From assembly GCA_027618255.1 (NCBI GenBank), contig JAQCFG010000001.1, forward strand, positions 1,225 through 65,224: DNA of 64,000 nucleotides. Direction: 5' to 3'. The position numbers were made by a program, and so were the translations under genes. How positions within the stretch are numbered: the stretch's first letter is position 1; each line of letters opens with the position of its first letter. The DNA is from Cyanobacteriota bacterium (GTDB taxonomy: Bacteria > Cyanobacteriota > Vampirovibrionia > LMEP-6097). The notes under the pieces are model-generated. The model had not been told where the DNA came from, made no database searches, and saw only the letters and a program-made list of their open reading frames with translations. Positions 1-10,144 of this stretch are shown one piece after another.

Positions 1-783
1 AAAGAAGAAGCAAGAGAACTTGCTGAACAAAAAGCTCTTGAACAAATTACTATTTTGATGAATCACTTCCCCGGTGAAATTGCAGCAATTATAATAGAAC
101 CGCTAGTCCAAGCAGCTAGTGGCATGAAATTCCATAGACCTGTATTTTTGCAAAAGCTCAGACGCTTAGCTGATCAAGCCGGCATATTTATTATTGCCGA
201 TGAGGTTTTCACGGGCTTTGGTAGAACGGGTAGTGACTTTGCTTGCCAGCAAGCAGCAATCGTACCGGATATCATTGCACTCTCCAAAGGAATCACTGGT
301 GGTTATATGCCAATGGGACTTACTGTGTGTACTGAAGAGATTTATTCAGCCTTTCATTCTAAATCAGCATCCAAAACATTTTTTCATGGTCACTCCTATA
401 CCGGCAACTCACTGAGTTGTGCTGCGGCACTCGCAAGTCTTGAGCTTTATATCAAAGAAGATAGGCTCAAGGACGTAAACTATATCAACATGGTGATGCA
501 AAAAGAACTTCCTGAACTGATCCAACTTGATTGCGTCAAAGACGTAAGAATAATGGGAGCAATTGGCGTAATTGAATTTAACACAGATACTAGTTATCTT
601 TCAGAGCTGGGACCCAAACTCACCCAAGCATTTTTGGAGAAGCAAATCCTTCTCAGACCCCTTGGCAATGTGCTTTACTTCATGCCTCCTTATACTATTT
701 CAATTGATTCTCTGAATTATTGTTTACAAACTATCAAAGAACTTGCCCAAGGCTTAGCAAAAGAAAGCTATAATTTAGCTTAG
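1..783 (+). CDS. bioA: Class III (PLP) aminotransferase, BioA-like; 5' end lies outside the window
   Basis: The reading frame is open from nt 1 into ORF 55..783. Motifs DEVFTGFGRTG, LSKGITGGYMP (PLP lysine context) and FHGHSYTGN are present. Confidence 0.6.
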   Translation, partial: KEEARELAEQKALEQITILMNHFPGEIAAIIIEPLVQAASGMKFHRPVFLQKLRRLADQAGIFIIADEVFTGFGRTGSDFACQQAAIVPDIIALSKGITGGYMPMGLTVCTEEIYSAFHSKSASKTFFHGHSYTGNSLSCAAALASLELYIKEDRLKDVNYINMVMQKELPELIQLDCVKDVRIMGAIGVIEFNTDTSYLSELGPKLTQAFLEKQILLRPLGNVLYFMPPYTISIDSLNYCLQTIKELAQGLAKESYNLA

Positions 784-802
784 ATATCTTCCAAACAATG
801 CT

Positions 803-1951
803 TTGTTAGTGATCTGGATAGACAAGATGAATTTCCTTGAGACCAGCTTCAATTCTGTAACCGAGCTTTCAAGCTCTCAGCCCATTGGCTTTGTTCTTGC
901 CTGTTTGATTAGTCTTGCTATCACACCGTTTATCAAAGAACGTGCCAGTATGCTGCAACTGGTGGACAGAGGCGAGGGTAGAGCCTATCCTAATATCCCA
1001 AGACTCGGCGGTATTGCTATTTTAATTGCATTGATTAGTACAATCGGTTTTTACCTGATAGTCTATGGTCGCTACACACCATCTGGAGTTGTACATCTTG
1101 AACTTGAGGGCATGATAGCTGGTGCCTTGATTATTTTTTTTATTGGATTATTTGATGACCTTAAACCAATCCCTGCTCCAATCAAACTTGCAGGTCAAGT
1201 GCTTGCAGCCGTAACAGCTTGGTTGATGAATGTAAGAATCGAGTTTCTCGCTAACCCAATTCACTATATTGATCATGCCAGAATTGCAGCAGTGCCGCTT
1301 GATGATATTGCTAGCTTGATTACTACAGTGATCTTTATGGTGGCAATCACTAACGCCATCAACTTGATAGATGGCATCGATGGGCTTGCTGTTGGTGTGA
1401 CAATAATTTGTTGTGCCGCTAGTTGGGCGATCAATCTAAGTCCAATTCTTAATCAACCAGCTGGAGCGATTCTTGCAGCTACTCTTGCTGGCGCTTGTTT
1501 TGGATTTCTACGTTACAACTTTAATCCAGCCAGGATCTTCTTAGGGGACAACGGCGCATACTTGCTTGGCTTCTTACTTGCCTGCATTTCTTGCATTGGT
1601 CTCACCAAAAAAGTAACAGTCGTTACTCTCTCGCCGATTATTGTTTTGATTTTCGTTTTACCTTTAATTGATATCACTCTTGCTATTCTCCGTCGTGCTA
1701 GCAAAAACAAACCAATTATGAAACCAGACCTAGAACATCTTCATCATCAACTACTTGATAGAGGCTTTAGCCATAAACAAATCAACTATCTTTTTTATGG
1801 AGTTACTTTCATCGCCGGGCTAATAGGTACATACCTGCTGGGGCTTGATATTGCTGTTATGTATCTGACTATTTGCGGCTCTATATTGGGAATTTGGTTG
1901 TTTTTTAGTTTAGTGCTTAATCGAGCTAACAATAATCGTAGTCGAAGCTAA
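803..1951 (+). CDS. Polyprenyl-phosphate sugar-1-phosphate transferase (glycosyltransferase family 4, MraY/WecA family)
   Basis: Polytopic membrane protein with DDLKPIP, NAINLIDGIDGLAVG and EHLHHQLL motifs typical of the MraY/WecA superfamily. Confidence 0.65.
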   Translation: MLVIWIDKMNFLETSFNSVTELSSSQPIGFVLACLISLAITPFIKERASMLQLVDRGEGRAYPNIPRLGGIAILIALISTIGFYLIVYGRYTPSGVVHLELEGMIAGALIIFFIGLFDDLKPIPAPIKLAGQVLAAVTAWLMNVRIEFLANPIHYIDHARIAAVPLDDIASLITTVIFMVAITNAINLIDGIDGLAVGVTIICCAASWAINLSPILNQPAGAILAATLAGACFGFLRYNFNPARIFLGDNGAYLLGFLLACISCIGLTKKVTVVTLSPIIVLIFVLPLIDITLAILRRASKNKPIMKPDLEHLHHQLLDRGFSHKQINYLFYGVTFIAGLIGTYLLGLDIAVMYLTICGSILGIWLFFSLVLNRANNNRSRS

Positions 1952-1967
1952 GCTAGAATAAAACCTT

Positions 1968-2882
1968 ATGCCTCTCACACAAGAAATCTCAATCCGCATC
2001 CAAGACCCTCGCATTATTCTCAATGAATTTTTTGGTTATTTATCATTTAGCATGGGGATCTTAACTGCTCTCTCTGTAATTTTTAATCATCCTTTATATG
2101 AAACTCTCAATCAAATCATGCTCGCCAGTTGTGGTCTGCAAAACGTACCGCTGTTGATGGTTTACATGCCTCAATGGCGAGTTCTTATAAGTAGCGGGAT
2201 TCTTGGCATCGTTGTTACAAATTATTTTGCAACCATGCCTATTGGACAAGCATTCCGTGAAGGACTTTTTGTTAGTTTAATTAAAGTAGATTACAGCTAT
2301 GAAGCACTTGTGAAGTATCATCCAGACCAATATGCTTCTGAGACAGAAAGACTTGGAACTAAAAGCAAAGAGAGCTTTATTACAAGGTTGGTTTCTTACT
2401 TGAGTACAGTTGCCAAAGAAACTCTCATCCGTTCTAAAGAAATGCTGCAAGAAATCAAGAAGGGCAATTTCAAAGTCTTTACTACAGATGCGATTCGTTC
2501 TCAATTCTTCTCATCATTGATGCGAGTGATTTCAGCAAGTCCGTTATTCATTATTGCAATTTTTGAACTACTTGCTTATTTGGGAGTCTATGACAAAAGC
2601 CAGAGCTATATTGAGATTGCTGGGCTATGGACCACTATCTCAGTGCGCGCACTTGCGTTTTCTAGCTTTATTGATGGACTTTCCAAGATCGCTTTTGGTT
2701 TTATGCGCGAAAGCATAATGATGCGTATTGGCGGCTCTATATTTGCTGCTGCCCAGTTCTACCTTATCTTTGCAGGCGAGCATGGACTCAAATTAGTTAT
2801 ACCTTTGTCTCTTGCTGGACTCGCTGCCTATCCTATTGTTGAAGGTGAGAGATTACGCAAAATGGCTTTACAAAAATCATGA
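1968..2882 (+). CDS. Hypothetical integral membrane protein
   Basis: Long ORF with several hydrophobic segments in an operon-like position; no recognisable motif. Confidence 0.4.
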   Translation: MPLTQEISIRIQDPRIILNEFFGYLSFSMGILTALSVIFNHPLYETLNQIMLASCGLQNVPLLMVYMPQWRVLISSGILGIVVTNYFATMPIGQAFREGLFVSLIKVDYSYEALVKYHPDQYASETERLGTKSKESFITRLVSYLSTVAKETLIRSKEMLQEIKKGNFKVFTTDAIRSQFFSSLMRVISASPLFIIAIFELLAYLGVYDKSQSYIEIAGLWTTISVRALAFSSFIDGLSKIAFGFMRESIMMRIGGSIFAAAQFYLIFAGEHGLKLVIPLSLAGLAAYPIVEGERLRKMALQKS

Positions 2883-3784
2883 AACTCAAAGTTGCAATCA
2901 TCGGACTAGGATACCTTGGACAAAACCTCGCCGGTAAATTAATAGAAGACCAGAGGTTTGAATTAACCGCACTCATTGACAGCGATCCAAGCAAACAAGG
3001 ATTGAGTATCGCAGGGATTGCAGTGAGCGACGATCTTGAAGCGAAGCTCAAGAATATTGATTTGGTTTTTATTACAACTAGCTCACTTCTTAGTCAAATT
3101 AAAGATACACTAGTCACAGTAATCAAACACAAAGTAAATATAGTCTCAAGCTGTGAAGAATTGATCTTCCCTTATTATAGTCATCCTCAGCTCTCTGGAG
3201 AACTTGATCAACTGGCTAAATTAAACAGTGTTCAATTACTTGGCACTGGTATCAATCCAGGTTTCTTGATGGATTATTTGATTACGGTTTGCAGCAAAGC
3301 TGTACTCAATGTCAAAGCCATTAAATACACTCGTCATATTGACACTGCTAATCGCCGCGTGACTTTCCAAGACAAAGTCGGTCTAGGACTAAGTCTAAAT
3401 GAATTCAAAAACAAACAAGCAGAAGGACGAATCGGACATGTCGGCTTTAGACAAAGCGTGGATATGCTTTTGCATTATTTCAATTGGACAGTTGATAGTT
3501 ATGAAGAAAATATCAAAGCAATCGAAGCTGATGCTATTGTTCAAGGCATTCACCAAGAGGCTAAATGCATCACCAAGGACAAACAAAGCATAGAGTTGTT
3601 GTTTATTGCTTCTTCTCAAGCAAGTGACAACGATCACTTAGTGCTTGAGCTTGAAAACGCAGCTCCATTAATAATTGATATCCCGAATGGTATTAACGGC
3701 GAGTCTGGAACAGCTGCTATGCTTATGAATTCAGCAGCCCTGCTTCATAAGACCCAGCCTGGGCTTAAAACAATGCTTGATTAA
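2879..3784 (+). CDS. NAD(P)-binding DapB-like / 2,4-diaminopentanoate dehydrogenase-like oxidoreductase
   Basis: N-terminal Rossmann motif VAIIGLGYLGQNL and a GTGINPGF motif; it overlaps the upstream gene by 4 nt. Confidence 0.4.
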   Translation: MKLKVAIIGLGYLGQNLAGKLIEDQRFELTALIDSDPSKQGLSIAGIAVSDDLEAKLKNIDLVFITTSSLLSQIKDTLVTVIKHKVNIVSSCEELIFPYYSHPQLSGELDQLAKLNSVQLLGTGINPGFLMDYLITVCSKAVLNVKAIKYTRHIDTANRRVTFQDKVGLGLSLNEFKNKQAEGRIGHVGFRQSVDMLLHYFNWTVDSYEENIKAIEADAIVQGIHQEAKCITKDKQSIELLFIASSQASDNDHLVLELENAAPLIIDIPNGINGESGTAAMLMNSAALLHKTQPGLKTMLD

Positions 3785-3872
3785 TCAAGAACATCGGGGA
3801 AATAAACCCAAAGACAATTAAAAAATGGCTTTGAATAACAATAACCCGGTCTAGATAAGCTACAATATCTAA

Positions 3873-4580
3873 ATGCATGATTACGTCATATCTTTACTTG
3901 AAATAGCCGATATTATACTTGCTAACCAAAGAAAAAAACTCGGCTTGATTCCATTAAATCAAGAAAACCAAAGAAAAATTTTCACAGAAGAATTCGATAA
4001 ATTAACTAAAGGTGTTCTCGATGATTATAAAGGCTCTTTTGAAGCAGAATCTAACAGACGTGCAATAAGATATATCTCAGTTCTTGAGGATTTTGACAAA
4101 AAAGGTCTCGAGAAAAATATATTAGAACAAGTCTATAAACATTCCAAATCAATATTCGATAATCTATATGACTTAGTTCATTTAGCAGGAACTAACAGAG
4201 AGGCTGCGATAGAAAAAACCAAAACACAATTAAATCAAATCTATACAAAAGTATCTCGTTATTTACCAGATAAAGTTCTAGACGATGGACAAAAGTCTAG
4301 TGAGATAGCTTTTCAGATGATTACTAAAGATCGCTTAATAGATTCAAAATTGAGAGATCTAGTTAAACGCTCATTTGGTTATATCAGCAGCAGATGTAGT
4401 AGTATTTTAGTGTCCTTTAAAAACATCATTAAAATAGCAAATGAGCACGATGTTCAATTTAATAAGAAGAAATACCTAAAAAAATTCACAAATACTTTAC
4501 CAGAGCTGCTTAAACACAGAGACTATATGTATGAATTAGCCAATAAATTTCAAGCAGCTACGCGACAAGCCAATTCTTAA
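3873..4580 (+). CDS. Hypothetical alpha-helical protein
   Basis: 235-aa ORF with no signal peptide, lying just upstream of the Pif1-like helicase. Confidence 0.4.
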   Translation: MHDYVISLLEIADIILANQRKKLGLIPLNQENQRKIFTEEFDKLTKGVLDDYKGSFEAESNRRAIRYISVLEDFDKKGLEKNILEQVYKHSKSIFDNLYDLVHLAGTNREAAIEKTKTQLNQIYTKVSRYLPDKVLDDGQKSSEIAFQMITKDRLIDSKLRDLVKRSFGYISSRCSSILVSFKNIIKIANEHDVQFNKKKYLKKFTNTLPELLKHRDYMYELANKFQAATRQANS

Positions 4581-4660
4581 AAATGACGATACCCGGGATC
4601 TCCATTTGCGCCAAAACGCAGCTTCAGAAACCAAGCCCCAAAACCTGCTAAAATTGTTAT

Positions 4661-5953
4661 ATGACCACTCTCGTGCAAGACACTACGCTAAAACTCAATC
4701 AAGAACAAGAAAAGCTCAGAGAGCTAATTGAAAATACCAATCAACATGTTTTTATCACTGGTAAAGCCGGCACTGGTAAATCAACCCTACTACAAGAGCT
4801 CAAAAACTCCAGCAGCAAAGAATTAGTAGTTGTGGCACCTACAGGCGTTGCAGCGCTCAATATCGGCGGTCAAACAATTCATTCATTCTTTAAAATCAAA
4901 CCAACTGGTTTCATTGATAAAAAACAACTTAAAGTAAGTCAAGAAAGCAAAAAACTCTTTAATAAGATCAACACCGTTATCATCGATGAGATTTCAATGG
5001 TAAGAGCTGACTTGATGGATGCGATTGATTTCATTCTGAAACAAGCACGCCAATGCAGTGAGCCGTTTGGCGGCGCGCAAATAATTATGTTCGGTGATCT
5101 ATATCAATTGCCGCCTGTCGTCGCTGACAAAAGCCTAGAGCAATACCTTAGAGAGGTTTATGGTGGATTTTATTTCTTCAACGCCAATGTTTGGTCAGAA
5201 GCTGATCTTGAGATCCATGAACTCAAAGAAAATATGCGCCAAAAGGATGAGGAGTTTAGAGAAATCCTAGATGCCATTCGTATTCGCGAGTTTGATACTG
5301 CACTATTAAATAGCCTCAATGAAAGAGCTCAAGTCCAGCCGCCAAATAATGACTTCATCACTCTTGCGCTCACCAATAGTGCAGTGCAAGCAATCAACCT
5401 TGAAAAGCTCAACGCACTTCATAGTAAGAAACACGAATACAAAGCCAAGATAGAAGGGCACCTAGAACCCTCTGCCTATCCTACAGAACAAAAACTACAG
5501 CTCAAAGAAGGCGCCCAAGTAATGTTTTTAAAAAACGACCGAGAAGGTCGTTGGGTCAATGGCAGTATTGGAACTATTTTTAGTTTAAGTCGTAATGAAG
5601 TTGAAGTTGAACTTGATGGTGAGATCCATGTAATCAAACCAGAGAAGTGGGACAAGATACGCTACTCCATTGATAGCGACAGCAACAAAATCACCGAAGA
5701 AACTGTCAGCTCATTTAAACAATTCCCGCTTAGACTTGCCTGGGCAATCACAGTGCACAAATCACAAGGACAAACTCTTGATAGAGTTGTGCTTGATATG
5801 GGCAGAGGTGCCTTTGCTCATGGTCAAACCTACGTCGCCCTTAGTCGTTGCCGCAAGCTCGACCAGCTCTACCTCAAGCGTGAAATCAAAGCTAGAGACA
5901 TCATTATTGACCCTCAAGTTAGTGATTTTATGCGTAAAACCATCAAGAACTAG
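4661..5953 (+). CDS. Pif1/RecD-family SF1B DNA helicase
   Basis: Walker A GKAGTGKST, Walker B IIDEISMV, FGDLYQLPPV, ENMRQ and AITVHKSQGQTLDRVVL motifs. Confidence 0.7.
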   Translation: MTTLVQDTTLKLNQEQEKLRELIENTNQHVFITGKAGTGKSTLLQELKNSSSKELVVVAPTGVAALNIGGQTIHSFFKIKPTGFIDKKQLKVSQESKKLFNKINTVIIDEISMVRADLMDAIDFILKQARQCSEPFGGAQIIMFGDLYQLPPVVADKSLEQYLREVYGGFYFFNANVWSEADLEIHELKENMRQKDEEFREILDAIRIREFDTALLNSLNERAQVQPPNNDFITLALTNSAVQAINLEKLNALHSKKHEYKAKIEGHLEPSAYPTEQKLQLKEGAQVMFLKNDREGRWVNGSIGTIFSLSRNEVEVELDGEIHVIKPEKWDKIRYSIDSDSNKITEETVSSFKQFPLRLAWAITVHKSQGQTLDRVVLDMGRGAFAHGQTYVALSRCRKLDQLYLKREIKARDIIIDPQVSDFMRKTIKN

Positions 5954-6002
5954 GGTTTTCAGCTATCAAATCTTGCTCACTTCGCGTCTTGTATAAGCAT
6001 CT

Positions 6003-7049
6003 ATGGGGGATACACAAACTAGAATTAGGCCTCGAATCAATCTGCCGGAACCAGCTCCGGTCAACTCAATTTATACAATTAAACAAGGTGATGGATTAAT
6101 TTCTGCACTAAAAGCTCTAAAATCAAAAATCAAAACAGACAATGGTGGTAGAGTGCCAAGTAAATTACAGTATCTTTTTGATAAGGAATCTGCTTCATTA
6201 TATCTACATAGTCAATTCAATAAAGACAATCCTGGGCATCCAATTAAACCAGGTGACAAGTTATCAATAGACAATACTGGTAATGTCAATCTTAAACAAG
6301 CAGGGACTGAAGACAAAACCATAATCCCCAAACCACAAGAAGTTCCTGTTCTTAAATTGCCAGAGCCAGCTAAAGCAGATAGTTTCATTAACTACAATAT
6401 TTTAGATCCAGGTCACGGTAGCCACAAAGACCATAAAATATGGGGCAAAATTTTTGATTCTGGTAGCATAGCAATTCACAACGGCCTACGCAATGACGAA
6501 GAAGAAGTTGTAGAAAGGCTTGCACTAGATCACTTCAAGCCAGAACTTGATAAACAATTTCATGTGGTTACAACAAGAGACGGAGACCTCGGGGTTGAAG
6601 ATATCGATGGAAGGATCGCTAGAATTAATTCTGGAATAGCTGCAGCCAAAAAAGAAAAACCTGAATTACCAACTACTCTAATTTCAGTACATGCAAACTG
6701 GTCCTCGAAGTCAAGTGATAGTGGCATGATTATTTTTATTGCCGATGCTGATTTTAAGAACAAATCATCTGATAGTTACCAGCTAGCGAGCAAAATAGCA
6801 GGGTCAATGCAAACTCAAGCAGGACTCGCGGTAAAAATTAAATCAGATAGAGACACGAGGCACGAATCCATAGGTATTTTAAGAAGAACTCATGCTGATG
6901 CCAAAATTTTAATTGAAACTGGTTTCATGACCAACGCTAATGACATTCGTATGATGACAGAAGCAGATATCGAAGGCATGGCAGACCAAACAGAATTGTC
7001 ACAAGCACTAAGGCTAGGTTTAGCTGAATATTACAAAGAGAAACAGTAA
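6003..7049 (+). CDS. LysM-like domain plus N-acetylmuramoyl-L-alanine amidase (Amidase_3) protein
   Basis: N-terminal YTIKQGDGLISALK...PGDKLSI resembles LysM; the C-terminal region has LISVHANW and ETGFMTNANDIRMMT, matching Amidase_3. There is no obvious signal peptide. Confidence 0.55.
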   Translation: MGDTQTRIRPRINLPEPAPVNSIYTIKQGDGLISALKALKSKIKTDNGGRVPSKLQYLFDKESASLYLHSQFNKDNPGHPIKPGDKLSIDNTGNVNLKQAGTEDKTIIPKPQEVPVLKLPEPAKADSFINYNILDPGHGSHKDHKIWGKIFDSGSIAIHNGLRNDEEEVVERLALDHFKPELDKQFHVVTTRDGDLGVEDIDGRIARINSGIAAAKKEKPELPTTLISVHANWSSKSSDSGMIIFIADADFKNKSSDSYQLASKIAGSMQTQAGLAVKIKSDRDTRHESIGILRRTHADAKILIETGFMTNANDIRMMTEADIEGMADQTELSQALRLGLAEYYKEKQ

Positions 7050-7166
7050 TAGGTATAACTACTCAACCCACAAAATAAAGATAAGATAAATTTAATGTAG
7101 CTTTACTGGATGTGTGATATTATCTATATTAATTCGCAGGGATTCTATAGATTAAGGAGTAAAGCA

Positions 7167-8309
7167 ATGAGTATTGGAGAAACAATTAGAAATTTAACAA
7201 CTGGAGTCGCAGCTGCTGCAGCAGCAATAAATGCAACAGCAAATCCACCAGGACTAGCTGCAGACACCAACCCTACAAGCGTAGTGGAGCTTGCACAAAA
7301 CCAAGCACCGCAGGAAAGAATAAATCCAATACCTGACCCTATATCACAAGCTCTCGCAAAGCCAAGACCAAATACAAAACCAGATCAAGTGCCACCTCCC
7401 CCACAGCAGATTGATACATTAAATCAAGCAAAAACACTTGTCGTAGGTTTAAACGAAATCGAAACATATCTTAAGAGTGATCAAATCAAGAACTCTAAAC
7501 AACTTCTAAGTGCACTTGAACAAGTTGCTAAGACTCAGGGTTATGACATGGGCTATGCACAAGGGCTTAACGACTATAACCTAATCAGAGAAATTGTAAG
7601 AAAAATAGATAGAGAAGTCGACTACCCACTCGAAACAGAAATTGATGAAACTAATTACAGTAGAACCAGAAATACAGCAGAAGAAGCTACTCAAGCTGCA
7701 GAAGAAGCCTTTATGGCTGGAGCCAAAGGAAGTGTCTCAGCTCTAAACGCTGTTGCCAAATTTGATCTTGCAATGGAAGAGGCAGCAGCAATGATTCCTG
7801 TCTATCAACTTCCACAAAAAGGTAGTCTTACAGCAAGAATGCGCAGCCTCGTCGAAGCACTCACGCAAGAACTTGCACCAATTACATACGGAACAGACAA
7901 TCTTCCTAAATCTGTTGCAAAAGGTCCAAGATTTATTGCAGCAACAAATACAACTGATCCTTATGGTGAAGTAATAGAATTAGTTGGAAAAGGCCTTCCA
8001 GGGGCAATTGGAGCAACACTAGTAACAGCCCATAAAGCAATGTCTTCTCTTCCTAGACTTAGTTATGATGATAGAGGCAAATTGCTCAATGACGGAAATA
8101 ACATAAAAATATTTGGACTCTTAGCAAAAGTAGTTAAGGCTTATATACCTACAATCCAAATGATCTTAGATAGAGAAGCAAGATCAGAAAATGCACCGGC
8201 ACCAGTTGATCAAGAGGCCCCCGTTTTTGTTGCTCCAGTCGAGCCGAAAAATAAACAAGACAATAATAACGGGCCTTTATTTTCACCATTGTTAATTCCA
8301 CAGCAATAA
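7167..8309 (+). CDS. Hypothetical Ala/Pro-rich protein
   Basis: The ORF track starts at 7110, but an AAGGAG Shine-Dalgarno sits 8 nt upstream of the ATG at 7167. The N-terminus is low-complexity (AAAAAAINATANPP) with PPPPQQ stretches. Confidence 0.4.
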   Translation: MSIGETIRNLTTGVAAAAAAINATANPPGLAADTNPTSVVELAQNQAPQERINPIPDPISQALAKPRPNTKPDQVPPPPQQIDTLNQAKTLVVGLNEIETYLKSDQIKNSKQLLSALEQVAKTQGYDMGYAQGLNDYNLIREIVRKIDREVDYPLETEIDETNYSRTRNTAEEATQAAEEAFMAGAKGSVSALNAVAKFDLAMEEAAAMIPVYQLPQKGSLTARMRSLVEALTQELAPITYGTDNLPKSVAKGPRFIAATNTTDPYGEVIELVGKGLPGAIGATLVTAHKAMSSLPRLSYDDRGKLLNDGNNIKIFGLLAKVVKAYIPTIQMILDREARSENAPAPVDQEAPVFVAPVEPKNKQDNNNGPLFSPLLIPQQ

Positions 8310-8412
8310 GATTAATCAAAAGCATTAATCACAGATCCAACCATCAAAATATTTACCAACAAGCTAAACACCTTTTAAAATAAGGCTTTTGAGTATTGTG
8401 TAATGCACGATT

Positions 8413-9753
8413 ATGTCCGTTGTCAGGATACGACCCTGTTGCCTCTCAGAATTGAGAATAAGACCAGCTCCAGAAAATTCTTCTGGAGCTGGTTCAGCGC
8501 AATGCCCAACTCAGCATTTGGAAGCAAGGGGGCGCTTATCAATAGCTCGAAATCAAACACAAGAACAAAATCACAATTTAGATAGACCGAATCAATTTTT
8601 AACACCAGAAGAATTCAAACGGAAATTTAACACCTCGCTTGAGAATGTGCTTCTAGCTCCCAGAGCTAGGATGGAAAAAGGTGATACTGGGGCTTGTCGT
8701 ATTAACATTTCAGAAGAGTCATGGATTTTAAAAATTAGCGATAGGAAAGAAAAAGCAATAAATGAGCTTTTGATACGTAATGTTATCAATGAATTCTTCC
8801 CAAATCTACTCAGCACAACAGAAGCCTATGCTGTTGGTGCGGATGACCATACTTTATGCCTTAATCGATTTAGCCCAGCATCTAATAATCAGGAACTTTT
8901 TAACGACCTGAAGATGCAAGATAGAATTGAAATCTCAATACTTGCTCTTGTATTTGGTGTTAAAGATTTCAATTCTGGTAACATCTTATTTAAAGATGAT
9001 CAAACACCTGTATTGATAGACTTTGAAACCACTCATCATAGTCCAGAAAATTACAAAATTTATAAAAGAGGGAGGGAACTATTGCGTGAGAAATATCCAT
9101 ATATTTTAAGTGAAATGGATCCGACTAAATTAGATCAATATAAAGCTAAACAACGAGAATGGTTAAAAATAGTTAATGACGATAGTTTTAGAGCAAGGCT
9201 TTTTGAAATAGTGAAAATTTCAGGTGGGGATGAAACTATGGCAAAAATTTATTATGAGACTATCAAAAGAAATTTAAGTAATTATGAAAGAACATTACAA
9301 CTCTTAACAGAAATGAAAAGCTTAGGTATTCCTAAGACTGAATTAAATTCTTTGGGCTGGAAAGGTGGAATAAATAGTTTGAATTTTGACGAAAATACTA
9401 GTATCTTTGATACTGGAAAGAAACTTGAACTTAAAGAGGGTGAGCAATTGCTTCTAGAATTTGCTTCAGATGGAGTATTACTCATTGAATATGATGGACA
9501 ATCCTTTAAATTTCTATACAGGGATAATCATAGACAAGTGGAGAAAACTAGACAGGTAGGATGTGAATTTAAAATTGGTACGAGTGCTGATTCTAATGAT
9601 GTCATTATTTGTTTAAAAGATGAGGCGGGAGAAAAATGTCCTTGTGACTTAAATATAAGCCTAGCCGCAAATGGGAGAATCACTTTTAAACATCGACAGC
9701 CAGAACAAACAAATAATGTGAGGTTAATAGGTGTCTTTGCTAATAATCTGTAG
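8413..9753 (+). CDS. Protein-kinase-like fold protein (APH/ChoK/PI3K-like catalytic motifs); the start is uncertain and is probably near 8671
   Basis: Motifs WILKISDRKEKAINELL, KDFNSGNILF (catalytic-loop-like D-x-N-x-G-N-I-L) and VLIDFE (DFG-like). The first 87 codons contain a perfect 12-bp hairpin and no Met until codon 87. Confidence 0.4.
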   Translation: MSVVRIRPCCLSELRIRPAPENSSGAGSAQCPTQHLEARGRLSIARNQTQEQNHNLDRPNQFLTPEEFKRKFNTSLENVLLAPRARMEKGDTGACRINISEESWILKISDRKEKAINELLIRNVINEFFPNLLSTTEAYAVGADDHTLCLNRFSPASNNQELFNDLKMQDRIEISILALVFGVKDFNSGNILFKDDQTPVLIDFETTHHSPENYKIYKRGRELLREKYPYILSEMDPTKLDQYKAKQREWLKIVNDDSFRARLFEIVKISGGDETMAKIYYETIKRNLSNYERTLQLLTEMKSLGIPKTELNSLGWKGGINSLNFDENTSIFDTGKKLELKEGEQLLLEFASDGVLLIEYDGQSFKFLYRDNHRQVEKTRQVGCEFKIGTSADSNDVIICLKDEAGEKCPCDLNISLAANGRITFKHRQPEQTNNVRLIGVFANNL

Positions 9754-9808
9754 AGAAACTGAAGAATAATTCTGGCCATTTTACAAATAATTTCTTATAA
9801 TTATCAAT

Positions 9809-10144
9809 ATGAAATACTTCCTATACTGCCGTAAGTCCACTGACTCAGAGGATAGGCAAATGCTTTCTATTGAAGCCCAGCTTCAAGAACTTCGAGACTA
9901 TGCTCGTAAAGAGAAGCTTGATGTAATCAAAGAATTCACTGAATCCAAAACAGCAAAGAAACCTGGTAGAGAAATTTTCAATGAAATGATCTCAGAGATT
10001 GAAGCTGGTAAGGCTGATGGCATAGTAGCTTGGAATCCAGACAGATTAGCTCGCAACTCAGTCGATGGTGGAAGAATAATTTATCTTATTGATGAAGCTG
10101 TAATAAAAGATCTCAAATTTCTGGTTCTTGCTCTGAGATTTTAG
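9809..10144 (+). pseudogene. 5' fragment (N-terminal ~105 codons) of a large serine recombinase gene
   Basis: Its product aligns residue for residue with the first 105 aa of the intact recombinase at 15540..17171 (about 85% nt identity, including the promoter region from ~9770). Similarity ends near 10123, then 6 unrelated codons and a stop follow. Confidence 0.7.

Noticed and set aside
5670-5996. 108-aa ORF overlapping the 3' end of the helicase gene in another frame
   Set aside because: It is a low-complexity Ser/Leu-rich translation with no start context, so a shadow ORF. The same goes for the other short antisense or overlapping ORFs in the track (e.g. 194..415, 1513..1710, 23245..23430, 44854..45069).
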